Assembly (NCBI GenBank): GCA_965219995.1
Contig: CBDCOX010000002.1
Location: forward strand, 1,408,001 to 1,472,000
Reading direction: 5' to 3'
Length of the DNA: 64,000 nucleotides
From: Candidatus Latescibacterota bacterium
GTDB taxonomy: Bacteria; Latescibacterota; UBA2968; GCA-2709665
This document shows, piece after piece, positions 19,698 through 29,155 of the stretch (position 1 is its first letter; every line of letters starts with the position of its first letter). A program made the position numbers and the translations under genes. Under the pieces are notes generated by a model. The model did not search any database and had not been told where the DNA came from. It was given only the letters and a program-made list of their open reading frames with translations.

Positions 19698-20930
19698 TCA
19701 AGCCCAGCCGCGAACCATATACGTTTGCAGCGTGCCGCTTTCGTCTGAATTGAAAAACCCCGAACTTCCATCCGGCGCCAGGAAAGGATGAATATGGGTG
19801 TCCTTTCGCCAGGAGGACCCGGGGTTCGCAACCCTTCTTGCGTTCGACAACGCGCCATCATCCGCCCCGGGAAGATCGAACAGCCAGACGGCGCCGCCGC
19901 CGTCTCGCGGACCGGAGTCGGTGATCAGGCGCCTGCCCGCAACATCGGTGGCGAAGTGATAGAAATCCGGCTCATTGACAGAACGGGAAAGGTCGTTCCG
20001 CCATCCGCCGGATGTCCGATTGCCGAAATGGCCGACGTGGGCCGCCGCGCGACCGGAAATGAGCTGCCGTTCGTCCGGTTCGCGTGTGGACGTGCTGGTG
20101 ATCGCAACGTCGGACTGCCCGTGCCAGCACTGGTGTCCCTGGCAGAATTCGTTCCCGTCCCGCCCCCAGGGAAAGTCCCGCAGCGACGACCCATCGTCAC
20201 GGATCACGTGAATGTCGGCGCCCCGTCCGCTCGTGAGCTTCTCGATCCTGCCGTCGGGCGATGCGACGTTGCCGTGGTTCTCCTGAATCATAATGTCGTG
20301 CGAGGCGTCCGCATCGGTCTGCCGCGTGTACTGCGGGTGAATATTGCACCAGGTCGGTCCTTGAAAAACCAGCCGCACCGATGGATCGTCAATCTCGAAG
20401 ACGAGCAGGCCCCAGGGCGCGCCATCGGTCTCGCCGTCGCCCAGGAATCCCGAAATGGCGATTCGCCTGCCGTCGGATGAAATGGTCGACAGCGGATAGG
20501 GACGGCTGAGCCGGAAATTCGTGCCGGGAACGGGGTGGTCCAGGACGTAGACCACCTCGCGGTCCGCCCCGTCCATCCCGACGCGCTTCAGCGCGAGCGG
20601 CCCCGGTTTCGCCGGATCGGTTTCATCCACGAAATAGTAGAGCCACTTCCCGTCGGGCGAGATGGACGGCGCCGTCGTCCCCACTTCCGTCGTTATGGGC
20701 GTCAGACGGCAGTGGTCTTCCAGGTCGCAGACCAGATATCTGTGTTCGGAGTCACGGGGATCGGAACCGTGCGGATGCGCGGAGCGGTGGAGCACCAACC
20801 GCCGCGAATCCGGCGTGAATATCTGCGCCTCCATATAGACATGCGACGACGGGACCGATTCATCCGTGAGCTGGATGACCTCCAGGTTGTCCTTCTCGGC
20901 CGCGGGAACAAGGTCGGGGCGGATTTTCAA
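19698..20930 (-). CDS. Oligogalacturonate lyase-like / TolB-like beta-propeller protein
   Basis: HVYME..FTPD, ISPDGK, ISSDGR, GHQCW, HIHPFLAPDG..FNSDESG; TTG start after GGAGG. Confidence 0.7.
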   Translation of the reverse strand: MKIRPDLVPAAEKDNLEVIQLTDESVPSSHVYMEAQIFTPDSRRLVLHRSAHPHGSDPRDSEHRYLVCDLEDHCRLTPITTEVGTTAPSISPDGKWLYYFVDETDPAKPGPLALKRVGMDGADREVVYVLDHPVPGTNFRLSRPYPLSTISSDGRRIAISGFLGDGETDGAPWGLLVFEIDDPSVRLVFQGPTWCNIHPQYTRQTDADASHDIMIQENHGNVASPDGRIEKLTSGRGADIHVIRDDGSSLRDFPWGRDGNEFCQGHQCWHGQSDVAITSTSTREPDERQLISGRAAAHVGHFGNRTSGGWRNDLSRSVNEPDFYHFATDVAGRRLITDSGPRDGGGAVWLFDLPGADDGALSNARRVANPGSSWRKDTHIHPFLAPDGSSGFFNSDESGTLQTYMVRGWA

Positions 20931-21043
20931 TTGGCGGTTCCTCCGTGAAAGCCACGCCGAAAGTGTATTCTTATGCCGGCTTGGGGCGTATATTACGGCG
21001 CTCGACGATCAATGATTGCAGGTTTCCAGGAGAGGACGTACCG

Positions 21044-21421
21044 ATGAAGAAACGACCGTTCACGAGTTCGAAAGGCAACATCCCCAAATTCCCGTATTCT
21101 CAGGCCGTCATATACGGCGACCTGATATTCATCTCCGCGCAGCCGCCGGTGGATCCGGAAACGGGGGACGTGGAGTCCGGCGACGTAAAGGCCCAGACCC
21201 GTCGTGTGCTCACCAACGTTTCCGGCATCCTGGAAGACGCGGGCACCTCGCTGGACAACGTGCTCAAGGTCACCGTCTTCCTGAAAGACCGGTCGCTGTT
21301 TTCCGATTTCAACGACGCCTATGCCGGTATCTTCCCGGAAAACCCGCCGGCGCGTTCACCGGTCTTCACCGACACCGGCGACTATCTCGTGACCATGGAT
21401 TTTATCGCGGGCATGGCTTGA
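21044..21421 (+). CDS. RidA/YjgF family protein
   Basis: PYSQAV, QTRRVLTN, VLKVTVFL, NPPARS with the conserved Arg. Confidence 0.9.
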   Translation: MKKRPFTSSKGNIPKFPYSQAVIYGDLIFISAQPPVDPETGDVESGDVKAQTRRVLTNVSGILEDAGTSLDNVLKVTVFLKDRSLFSDFNDAYAGIFPENPPARSPVFTDTGDYLVTMDFIAGMA

Positions 21422-21450
21422 GACCGCAGGCATGACGACCGGCCATCGGC

Positions 21451-22470
21451 TCAGGCTTCATCGTCCGATCCGTCCCGCCGCTTGAGCGCGAGGCGTGCGC
21501 CCAGACGCAGCGTTTCGAGCATATTGGCTTCGTCCGCGACGCCCTGTCCCGCAATATCGAACGCCGTGCCGTGGTCCACGGACACCCGGACGACAGGCAG
21601 ACCCAGCGTCACGTTGACCGCGTCGTGAAACGCCACCAGCTTGACCGGCGCGTGGCCCTGGTCGTGGTACATGGCCACGACGCCATCGAAACCGCCGTTG
21701 TACGCCTTCAGAAAAACCGTATCCGCGGGCAACGGCCCCACAGCGCGCATCCCCCCGGCCATCGCCTTCTGAACGGCCGGCCGGATCAATTCAGCATCCT
21801 CCCGCCCCAGGACTCCCGCCTCTCCGGCGTGCGGATTCAGGCCGCACACGGCAATGCGGGGATCCGGCCTGTCCATTTCTTCCAGGGCGCCGTGCAGCAG
21901 TCTGATCGTGTCGAAGACGCGCGTTTCCGTCACCTGTACCGGTACACGGCACAGCTCCAAGTGACCCGTGACGTGGGCCACGTTCAGGCGTTCGGACGCC
22001 AGCATCAATCGGACGCCCGAAACGCCGAGGCGATCCGCCAGCAGTTCCGTATGACCCGCGTACCTGAACCCGGCCCGGTTCATCGCCTCCTTGTTCAGCG
22101 GCGCCGTTACGATCCCGTCGATCCGCCCCGCCGCGGCCAGGTCCACGGCCCGGACGACCCACTCCACGGCCGCCCGGCCCGCCTCCGGACAGACCCTGCC
22201 CGTCTCAACCCGCGAATGATCCAGTTCGACCGGCGCCCACAGATCGATCTGTCCGAAGCGGTATCGGCCCTGTTCGGGCACGTCTATCGCCCGGACCTCG
22301 AGCGTGCACGCAGAATGCGCGAGGTTTGCCGCGAGAACATCCGGGTCGCCGACCACCACCGGCCTGCAGAACGCATAGACCTCCGGGTGACTCAATGCCT
22401 TCACGATCACCTCCGGGCCGACACCGCAGACGTCTCCCATCGTGATCCCCAGCAATGGACGCGGTGTCAT
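21451..22470 (-). CDS. pdxA: 4-hydroxythreonine-4-phosphate dehydrogenase (PdxA/PdxA2 family)
   Basis: ITMGD..GVGPE, TAPLNKE, GHTE, GLNPHAGE, MYHDQG, VDHGTAFDIAG. Confidence 0.93.
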   Translation of the reverse strand: MTPRPLLGITMGDVCGVGPEVIVKALSHPEVYAFCRPVVVGDPDVLAANLAHSACTLEVRAIDVPEQGRYRFGQIDLWAPVELDHSRVETGRVCPEAGRAAVEWVVRAVDLAAAGRIDGIVTAPLNKEAMNRAGFRYAGHTELLADRLGVSGVRLMLASERLNVAHVTGHLELCRVPVQVTETRVFDTIRLLHGALEEMDRPDPRIAVCGLNPHAGEAGVLGREDAELIRPAVQKAMAGGMRAVGPLPADTVFLKAYNGGFDGVVAMYHDQGHAPVKLVAFHDAVNVTLGLPVVRVSVDHGTAFDIAGQGVADEANMLETLRLGARLALKRRDGSDDEA

Positions 22471-22517
22471 CGTACCACCCTTCGGTGTTCCCACCCGGTT
22501 TCGACCCGCCGAGGCGC

Positions 22518-23381
22518 CTATCCTTTTTCAGGTCCCGACGTCGCATAGACGTGCCGCGGACGGCCGCTGAAGGGTTCTCCGCCCAGGTACATCCGCGTGA
22601 ATCCGCGCTGCACGGAAAACCCGAACTCCTCGGCCAACGCCGTACCGTCCGGATTGACGAGCGGCACGTCGAAGAAAACCGGTTCGCCGGCCAGCCGGTC
22701 CAGCGCCCAGCAGAACAGCGCCCTGCCCGCCCGCTCGTGTGCCGCCACCAGCGGCCCGATCTGAAACGCGTTGCTGCCCGGCCTGACGATTACGTAGCCC
22801 TCGACCGCGCGCCCGTTCCCGGGGAAAACGCTGCATAGGCCCCCTGAATCCCGATACAGATGCCTGAGGAGGCCGTCCCGGCAGATGCCATAGAAGGGGG
22901 TGTCAAAGGCAATCACGTCTGCCAGGTCCGCGCCGCGCATCGCCCGCACCGACGTCCACCGGCACGCCTGTCCGACTCCTTCCCGCCGCTCCAGCGCGTA
23001 CTCGTCCCGGAACCCGAGCGGCACGTACACGTTCCGGCCCATCGGCGTCGCGTCCAGTTTGATCGTGTCCACGCCACTGGTCTGGAGGTGCGCAATCCCG
23101 TGACGCAACATCGCGCTGCCGATTCCCTGACGCCGCCGCGCCGGCGGGACCAGCACCATCGCCACCCAGCCGCAGACCCCGCCGAACGTCACCGTCACGA
23201 CCGTACCGGCTGGCTCGCTCCCGATCTCGGCGACAAAACAACCGTCGGGAGAAAGCGACAGAAAGCGCCGCCAGTCCTGTTCGACCTGGTTCCAGCCGGC
23301 CAGTGACTTGAACCGCATGCCGGTCGCGACGTCCGCCGCTGTCATCGGCCGAATATGCAGCCGGTCTTCTATATTGGACAC
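22518..23381 (-). CDS. GNAT family N-acetyltransferase (tandem GNAT)
   Basis: GWNQ, RRQGIG acetyl-CoA motif, LDATPMG..Y..LGF, second domain IGPLVA. Confidence 0.88.
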   Translation of the reverse strand: MSNIEDRLHIRPMTAADVATGMRFKSLAGWNQVEQDWRRFLSLSPDGCFVAEIGSEPAGTVVTVTFGGVCGWVAMVLVPPARRRQGIGSAMLRHGIAHLQTSGVDTIKLDATPMGRNVYVPLGFRDEYALERREGVGQACRWTSVRAMRGADLADVIAFDTPFYGICRDGLLRHLYRDSGGLCSVFPGNGRAVEGYVIVRPGSNAFQIGPLVAAHERAGRALFCWALDRLAGEPVFFDVPLVNPDGTALAEEFGFSVQRGFTRMYLGGEPFSGRPRHVYATSGPEKG

Positions 23382-23442
23382 TCACCCTCCGACGGACCGC
23401 CGCACGCGAAAGAAAACGCGAGAAACACGGGCTGTTCACCCG

Positions 23443-23471
23443 TTGACACAACGGCCCAAACACTCCATATT
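23443..23471 (+). promoter_or_regulatory. Putative sigma70 promoter
   Basis: TTGACA-17 bp-CATATT upstream of the DUF6785-like gene. Confidence 0.5.
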
Positions 23472-23575
23472 ATCGCCACCTCAGGTCCAGCGCGCAACAA
23501 CCAGGCGTCGTTTCCGGACGTCAACCGCTGGGCCCCCATCCATGCAATCCCGCGCACGCGCGGCCCCCGCACTCT

Positions 23576-25495
23576 ATGGCACAGATTGTCAGCCGCCGAT
23601 CCATCCTCATCGGCCTTGCGCTTACCATCGTCATCTGCCTCTTCGCGACAGACACCACCTACCGCCTGCGCGCCTCCCGCGTCTCCCTGGGCCACCTGCC
23701 CATGTCCCTCTGGCTTCCGTTCCTGCTCCTCTTCCTAGGCAACCGGATCCTGCAAAACCTCCGTCCCCGCTGGTCCCTGAACGCCGGGGAGCTCGGTCTC
23801 GTCCTCTGCATGGGATTCATCGGGGGCGCGTTCCCCACGAAGAATATCGCGGGCCGCCTGGTCGCCGTGCTCGCAACGCCGTATTACAAGGCCACGCCCG
23901 AAAACCGTTGGGGAGAGTACGTCACGGAACACCTGCGGCCCTGGTCGATCCCGGGCAACCGCGACGGCGCTATTACCCACCTGTGGGAAGGACTGCCCAA
24001 AGGTCAGCCCGTTCCGTGGGAGGCCTGGGCGGCACCTCTCTTCTGGTGGTTCACGCTGCTCTTCGCGCTCTTCTTCGCCTGCCTCTGCATCGCCGTGATC
24101 CTCCGCAAACAGTGGGTGGAACACGAACGGATCGTCTTTCCCCTGGCGCGGCTGCCACTGATGATGATTTCCGATCCCGGGTCGGGCGCGATCCCGCTGT
24201 TCAACAACCGGCGGTTCTGGGCGGGATTCGGGATCGGCATATTCGTTCTGGCGTGGAACGTGCTCCCCAGATTCTCGCACCGCGTCCCGTACATCCCGCT
24301 CGGCCCCACGTTTTCGAGCGCCCTCTCCCTCGGGCACGACTTCCCGCCGCTGCAAATCAAATTCAACTTCGTCGTGGCCGCGTTCGGCTATCTCACGAAC
24401 CTGGAGGTGCTTCTATCCGTCTGGCTCTTCCATGTGCTTTCGCTCTTCGAGATCGGCCTGACCAACCGACTCGGCATCGCCGTGAGCAGCGAATACCACG
24501 GGGGCGTTCTTCTCCAGCAGGCGGGGGGGTTCACGGCCCTTGTATTTCTGGGCCTGTTCATCGCGCGAAAGCACATCGCGGGCGTGTTCCGCAGCGCCTG
24601 GCGGCGGCAGCCGGGAATGGACGACCGGGACGAACTGCTGTCCTATCGCGCCGCGGTCTTCGGCCTTCTCCTGTCCCTCGCCTACGCCGTCGCCTGGCTC
24701 CACGCGCTGGGTATTTCCATCCTGGCCGTAACCGTCCAACTGGGCCTGCTTCTCGTCTTTTTCCTCGGCCTGTCGAAAATCGTGGCCGAAACCGGCCTGG
24801 TCTACATCGAAACGCCGCAGCGCACCCAGGCGCTGACGGCAGCCATCCTGGGCACACAGGTACAAACCGCCGACCACGTAGGGTTGGCCCTCTCGGCCAA
24901 CGTCGTGGAGAGCCACAGGCAATACATCCTGCCTTCGCTGGTACACGTCGCCCGAATCCAGCACAGCTTCAGGTGGAACCGATCCCGCGTCACCGCGGCG
25001 CTCTGCGCGGCCTTCGTCGTCGGTTTCGCCGCTTCCGTCGCCTATACCCTCAATCTCTGTTACAGCGCAACCGGCGCCGCGAATATCCGCCACGTGTACG
25101 TATTCGGCGGCTACGGCCTTCGCATGTTCGATCGCGTGGTCACGTGGGCCGGGGCTCCGCCCACCTTCACGGGTACGGAACTCGCATTCCTGGCGGCCGG
25201 TGTTCTGGGCACCCTGCTCCTGGGGTTGCTCCGGCTGCGCTTTCCCTGGTGGCCGCTCCACCCCGTCGGCTTCACCGTCGGATATGCATTTCCCGTAAGG
25301 GTAACGGCATTCACGGTCTTTCTCGTGTGGGCCTTCAAGTCCCTTGTGCTCCGGTTCGGCGGCATCGGGCTCTACCGGAGTTTCCAGCCGTTCTTCGTGG
25401 GTCTGCTGATGGGCTACACCCTCGGCGTGGGCATCTCCACACTCACCGATGCCATCTGGTTTCCCGGTGACGGGAAAATGGTACACACATGGTGA
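23576..25495 (+). CDS. DUF6785/DUF6784-like polytopic membrane protein (putative transporter)
   Basis: Many TM segments; PYYKATPENRW, ILRKQWVEHERIVFPL, KIVAETG, WWPLHPVG, RFGG..YR..PFFVGL. Confidence 0.75.
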   Translation: MAQIVSRRSILIGLALTIVICLFATDTTYRLRASRVSLGHLPMSLWLPFLLLFLGNRILQNLRPRWSLNAGELGLVLCMGFIGGAFPTKNIAGRLVAVLATPYYKATPENRWGEYVTEHLRPWSIPGNRDGAITHLWEGLPKGQPVPWEAWAAPLFWWFTLLFALFFACLCIAVILRKQWVEHERIVFPLARLPLMMISDPGSGAIPLFNNRRFWAGFGIGIFVLAWNVLPRFSHRVPYIPLGPTFSSALSLGHDFPPLQIKFNFVVAAFGYLTNLEVLLSVWLFHVLSLFEIGLTNRLGIAVSSEYHGGVLLQQAGGFTALVFLGLFIARKHIAGVFRSAWRRQPGMDDRDELLSYRAAVFGLLLSLAYAVAWLHALGISILAVTVQLGLLLVFFLGLSKIVAETGLVYIETPQRTQALTAAILGTQVQTADHVGLALSANVVESHRQYILPSLVHVARIQHSFRWNRSRVTAALCAAFVVGFAASVAYTLNLCYSATGAANIRHVYVFGGYGLRMFDRVVTWAGAPPTFTGTELAFLAAGVLGTLLLGLLRLRFPWWPLHPVGFTVGYAFPVRVTAFTVFLVWAFKSLVLRFGGIGLYRSFQPFFVGLLMGYTLGVGISTLTDAIWFPGDGKMVHTW

Positions 25496-25511
25496 AATGC
25501 GCCGGACTTCC

Positions 25512-26534
25512 TCACGGCTTGCGCGGCTGGGACCGCACCCCCTCATCTCCGAACATGAACGAGAGCAGGGCGAAGCGCTTGCCGGTCGTCACCTCCGTGA
25601 CCTCGTGCAGGTGCGAACAGGAAAACACCACCGCTCCGCCGGCGCCGGGTTTGTAGAGGTGGGGGCCGAATTCCGGAAACCGCAGGTGCCCGCCCGAGTA
25701 CCGTTCGTTCAGGTTCAGCGTGAGCGCGAACCGCCGGTGCGCGGTCGAAGGGCTCAGGTTGTCCCGGTGCGGGTGAAAAAACCCTCCTGCCGCGGCGTCG
25801 TAGCATGCGATCTTGAACCCCTCAAACCGCGTGGCGCGGTACGCGAAGGACCGCTGCAACTCCGGAATCACCCTGCGGCCGATGGCGGACGAAAGCAACC
25901 TGACCAGCTTGTCGTCCTCTACGGTATGGTCCCTGCGGCTTTTCTGTCCGGCGTCGATACGTGCTCCCCGCCCCGTACCCTGCGACTGCTCCACGCCGGT
26001 CTCCACATGGCCTCTGTTTTCCCACACTCCCATCAGAAAATTGCAGATTTCGGGATCCAGGACATTGGGAACCAGCAGTACGGGGGCCTGCGCGTCGACC
26101 ACCCTGGGTTCGGTCTCTGGCCGCCTTGAATCCAGCACGTTTCTCACCTTGCGCGCCGCGTTGCGCGGGTCATCCAGCACGACCGACGCAAGCACGCGCA
26201 GATTCGGATCCAGCACGAATACGATGGATGCGGCTGAATCGCCGATCCGGTACGCGGAACGGACCACGCCTTTCGCATCCACGAAAACCGGATGCGGAAA
26301 CTGCGAATTTCGCGCCGGTTTGCAGGCCGAAACCGAAAGGATGTCCACGTCCCGTCCGTCCAGCGCGGCCGGGAAGCCCGCGAGGCGCTCATCCTCGCCA
26401 GGGGAAAAGATCAGAACCGCGGGGGCGCCGCCCGCCTTCGAATAGAACCGTGTCGGGGTCCCGTCGGGCGCAAGCGGAAGCACGAAGTCCGTGGCCCGCT
26501 CGCCTCGTTCCAGTCCCTGTGTCGGTGTCTTCAT
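25512..26534 (-). CDS. Redoxin-like domain fused to a 2OG-Fe(II) oxygenase
   Basis: N-terminal GERATDFVLP..FVLDPNLRV; C-terminal HRDN, YSGGHLRFPEF, HEV..R; start ATG 26534. Confidence 0.85.
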   Translation of the reverse strand: MKTPTQGLERGERATDFVLPLAPDGTPTRFYSKAGGAPAVLIFSPGEDERLAGFPAALDGRDVDILSVSACKPARNSQFPHPVFVDAKGVVRSAYRIGDSAASIVFVLDPNLRVLASVVLDDPRNAARKVRNVLDSRRPETEPRVVDAQAPVLLVPNVLDPEICNFLMGVWENRGHVETGVEQSQGTGRGARIDAGQKSRRDHTVEDDKLVRLLSSAIGRRVIPELQRSFAYRATRFEGFKIACYDAAAGGFFHPHRDNLSPSTAHRRFALTLNLNERYSGGHLRFPEFGPHLYKPGAGGAVVFSCSHLHEVTEVTTGKRFALLSFMFGDEGVRSQPRKP

Positions 26535-26764
26535 GTCTCGGCTTTTCGTTGCCAATGGGGCAGGCAATTGATGAAACCGGTGTGTCCGGCGCAGCGTCCT
26601 ATCCGAACCCGGGATCAATCGCCGGGAGTTTCAAAAGAGCCGGATTCCCCGCTTTTCGAATTCTCCGGGGGTCAAAAGATACCCGCAGAGGCGGGTACGT
26701 CAAAGCACAAATGACCCCAGCGAGTGCGGACGGCGCCGCTGGCTGCGGCCTCCCATTAAATCCC

Positions 26765-26794
26765 TTGCAACAATCCGCATAACGCGCATATAAT
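26765..26794 (+). promoter_or_regulatory. Putative sigma70 promoter of the GT4 gene
   Basis: TTGCAA-18 bp-TATAAT. Confidence 0.55.
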
Positions 26795-26871
26795 ACGGCA
26801 GTTATTACGGGCACAAAAGGCTTGATCCGATCCGTCTTTCGGGGCTGCGCGCTGTCGTGAACGGACCATCG

Positions 26872-27960
26872 ATGATTCCCGGACCACGCATCCTTTTTAT
26901 CGCCCGGCGGTATCCGCCGTCGGTTGGCGGCATCCAGACCTACGCGAAGGAGCTCTATTCCAGACTTCGCCGGCGGTGCCCGGTGACGCTCATTGCTCTC
27001 GGCAGGGAGCCGCTCGTTCACCTGGCCTGGTTCATGCCCTACGCGTTTTGCGCTGCCGTGTTTCACATACTCCGTCGCCGTCCCGACGTGATATTCTTTA
27101 TGGACGGGGTTACGGCCGCCCTGGCGCCGTTTCTGCGCCCCTTTACGCCGGCGCGGTTTGCGGTGACGCTTCACGGCACGGAATTGACGTTCCGCCGCGC
27201 GCTTTTCAGCCACCTGATGCGGGCGGGCGCGCTGGCCTGCGACCGGACCGTTACGGTCAGCCGCGCCACGGGTGCGCTCGCCGCCGGGATCGGCCTGCCG
27301 GCGGCCAGAACGCGCGTTATCTATCAGGGTATTCACGTCGCCATCCCGCCCGATACCGAACATCGACGGCTCAAAGACCGCTTTGAAGGGGCGCACGGAC
27401 TGAGCCTGGAAGAACACCCGGTTCTCCTGAACTACGGGCGCCAGGTCCGGCGGAAGGGCGTGGTCGACTTCATCGAAAACGGCGTCCCGCTGATGAGGGA
27501 GGAGATCCGCATGATCATCAGCGGCAGCGGCCCAATGCAGGATGGGATCCGGGCCGCCGTGGAGTCCAGGGCTCTGGAAGGCCGCATCTTCACGCCGGGC
27601 CGGTTGGACGATGCGACCCTGGCGATGCTTCGCCGGGAGGCGCAACTCTTCCTGATGCCGAACATCCATCTCAGGCACGACGCGGAAGGGTTCGGAATCG
27701 CCCCCCTCGAGTGTCTGTACGCCGGCCTGCCGGTCGTCTATTTCAACGTGGACGCCCTGGGCGAGAGCCTGCGCGACGGCGGCTACGGTGTCCCGCCGGG
27801 CGACTATACCGGCTTTGTCGAACGGATCCACCGGTACCTGGACCTCTCCCCCAAAGATAGGGAACAGGAGCGCGCGCGCGTCCGGGCCTTTGTTCGGCGT
27901 GAGTATTCCTGGGAGAAAACCACCTCGGAATACATGGACGTATTTACGGGACAAGCCTGA
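26872..27960 (+). CDS. Glycosyltransferase family 4
   Basis: YPPSVGGIQ, GRQVRRKG, EGFGIAPLE, YSW. Confidence 0.92.
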   Translation: MIPGPRILFIARRYPPSVGGIQTYAKELYSRLRRRCPVTLIALGREPLVHLAWFMPYAFCAAVFHILRRRPDVIFFMDGVTAALAPFLRPFTPARFAVTLHGTELTFRRALFSHLMRAGALACDRTVTVSRATGALAAGIGLPAARTRVIYQGIHVAIPPDTEHRRLKDRFEGAHGLSLEEHPVLLNYGRQVRRKGVVDFIENGVPLMREEIRMIISGSGPMQDGIRAAVESRALEGRIFTPGRLDDATLAMLRREAQLFLMPNIHLRHDAEGFGIAPLECLYAGLPVVYFNVDALGESLRDGGYGVPPGDYTGFVERIHRYLDLSPKDREQERARVRAFVRREYSWEKTTSEYMDVFTGQA

Positions 27961-27977
27961 CCTCCTCTAAAAAACCC

Positions 27978-28046
27978 AAACTCACATGGATGGACAGGAT
28001 GTACAGGATAAGAACCAAAAAGCGGGATAAAGGCACGGGAAAACCA
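27978..28046 (+). repeat. Dispersed repeat family A (ACATGGAT..ACAGGAT, 9-bp periodic), left copy
   Basis: AAACTCACATGGATGGACAGGATGTACAGGAT; related copies at 28342-28400 (+), 29589-29620 (-) and 47039-47064 (-). Confidence 0.8.
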
Positions 28047-28100
28047 ACATCATAAACTACGAAACACGCGAAAAAACGAAAAATCCGTGACTGACCCCAT

Positions 28101-28320
28101 TAACCTCAATTCGAAAAAGATAACCGTCAAATTGGCCACAAAAAGCACAAAAGACACAAAGCGTTTCAGTGCGAAACGCGGCGAAGAGATTGTCCAAAGG
28201 GATGTTTTCTCCGTTCACGTCCAGTGACCTGATGTGTCTTGGAAATCCCACGTCAAATCGCCTTTGTTCTTCTATGGAATATTTGATTTATGGTCTTCAA
28301 AAAACGAAGAATCAAGGTTA
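28101..28320. mobile_element. Non-autonomous MITE-like element, 220 bp
   Basis: Ends TAACCTCAATTC and reverse-complemented TAACCTTGATTC match 10/12; flanked by direct repeat ACCCCAT at 28094-28100 and 28321-28327; first 78 bp are 67/78 identical to the reverse complement of 57319-57396. Confidence 0.72.
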
Positions 28321-28341
28321 ACCCCATTAAATCATCAAACG

Positions 28342-28400
28342 GAACTTACATGGATCGACAGGAGGAAATCAAAAGGCGCAAGAAATGCACGAGAAAACAA
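28342..28400 (+). repeat. Degenerate direct copy of the 27978-28046 unit (family A)
   Basis: GAACTTACATGGATCGACAGGA; 28367-28400 matches 28013-28046 at 26/34. Confidence 0.65.
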
Positions 28401-28617
28401 GGAACGACAGTGAATCGATTCACCATAGACCGTACGTCATCACATTGACCACCGCGATCCCCGAACGCTAACGGTCTTTCTTACGTCTTACACTGAATAT
28501 TCTGAAAAACGACAGGTAAGTTAAGAAAACGGGGATTTTTCGTGAAATATTCACGCCCAAAAAGGCCTGAACGGGTAAATTTGTGGCGATACGATTGAGG
28601 GCTAATTGAGACCAATG

Positions 28618-28638
28618 GCCACAAAAGGCACAAAAACA
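28618..28638 (+). repeat. Dispersed repeat family B (CACAAAA periodic)
   Basis: GCCACAAAAGGCACAAAAACA is identical to 57225-57245; related to 28136-28161. Confidence 0.8.
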
Positions 28639-28771
28639 CAAGAGGAAACGACCCCGAAAAACGTCTCGTGGCCGGAAAAAACACGGAGCAGAAGGGGACT
28701 GCTGTGGGTAGTGGTTTGCATGCCGTGTACTGCGCCCATTGTGCGCTGAACCGCAAACGCAAGGGGGAAAG

Positions 28772-29155
28772 ATGAGCATGGACAAACTGAAATGGGCGGC
28801 GTTCGGGCTGGCGCTGGGCATCATCGGCGGCGGCATCGGTAACGCGGCGGCGGACAAGTGGTTGCCGGGCGTTACCCGGTTTGACACGATCGAAGCGCGG
28901 CGCCTGAAGATTATCAACGATAAGGGGAAGCAGGTTGCCGAGTTGACCACAGGAATAGACGGCGTGGGTTTGATGACGATCTACAACAACCGCCTGAAAC
29001 CAGTTGCCCACTTGACGGCAAATCTGGGGGGTGGGGGAGTTTTGGGTATCTATGACGACCGTGGGGAGCAGGTTGTCGGGTTGGCGGCACTAACGAATGG
29101 CGGCGGGTTAACTATCTTTAACAATCGGGGCATACCCGTCTACGTACGTCCTTGA
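28772..29155 (+). CDS. Hypothetical membrane-anchored protein with Gly-rich beta-repeat
   Basis: GGGGG SD, N-terminal TM helix, repeated [LM]xI[IYF][ND]xxGxxVxxL units; lower GC than flanking genes. Confidence 0.7.
   Translation: MSMDKLKWAAFGLALGIIGGGIGNAAADKWLPGVTRFDTIEARRLKIINDKGKQVAELTTGIDGVGLMTIYNNRLKPVAHLTANLGGGGVLGIYDDRGEQVVGLAALTNGGGLTIFNNRGIPVYVRP

Noticed and set aside
26668-26710. Resemblance to a c-di-GMP-I riboswitch (AAA..hairpin..ACGTCAAAGC)
   Set aside because: Lacks the GGCAAA/GNRA/GACGCAAA consensus and lies upstream of the GT4 promoter; kept only as a generic structured-RNA candidate
27978-28700. Possible CRISPR array or small genes in the AT-rich patch (ORFs 28057..28251, 28468..28950, 28481..29011)
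   Set aside because: Repeats are degenerate, irregularly spaced and lack unique spacers; no cas genes; the ORFs are translations of repeats or antisense to 28772..29155
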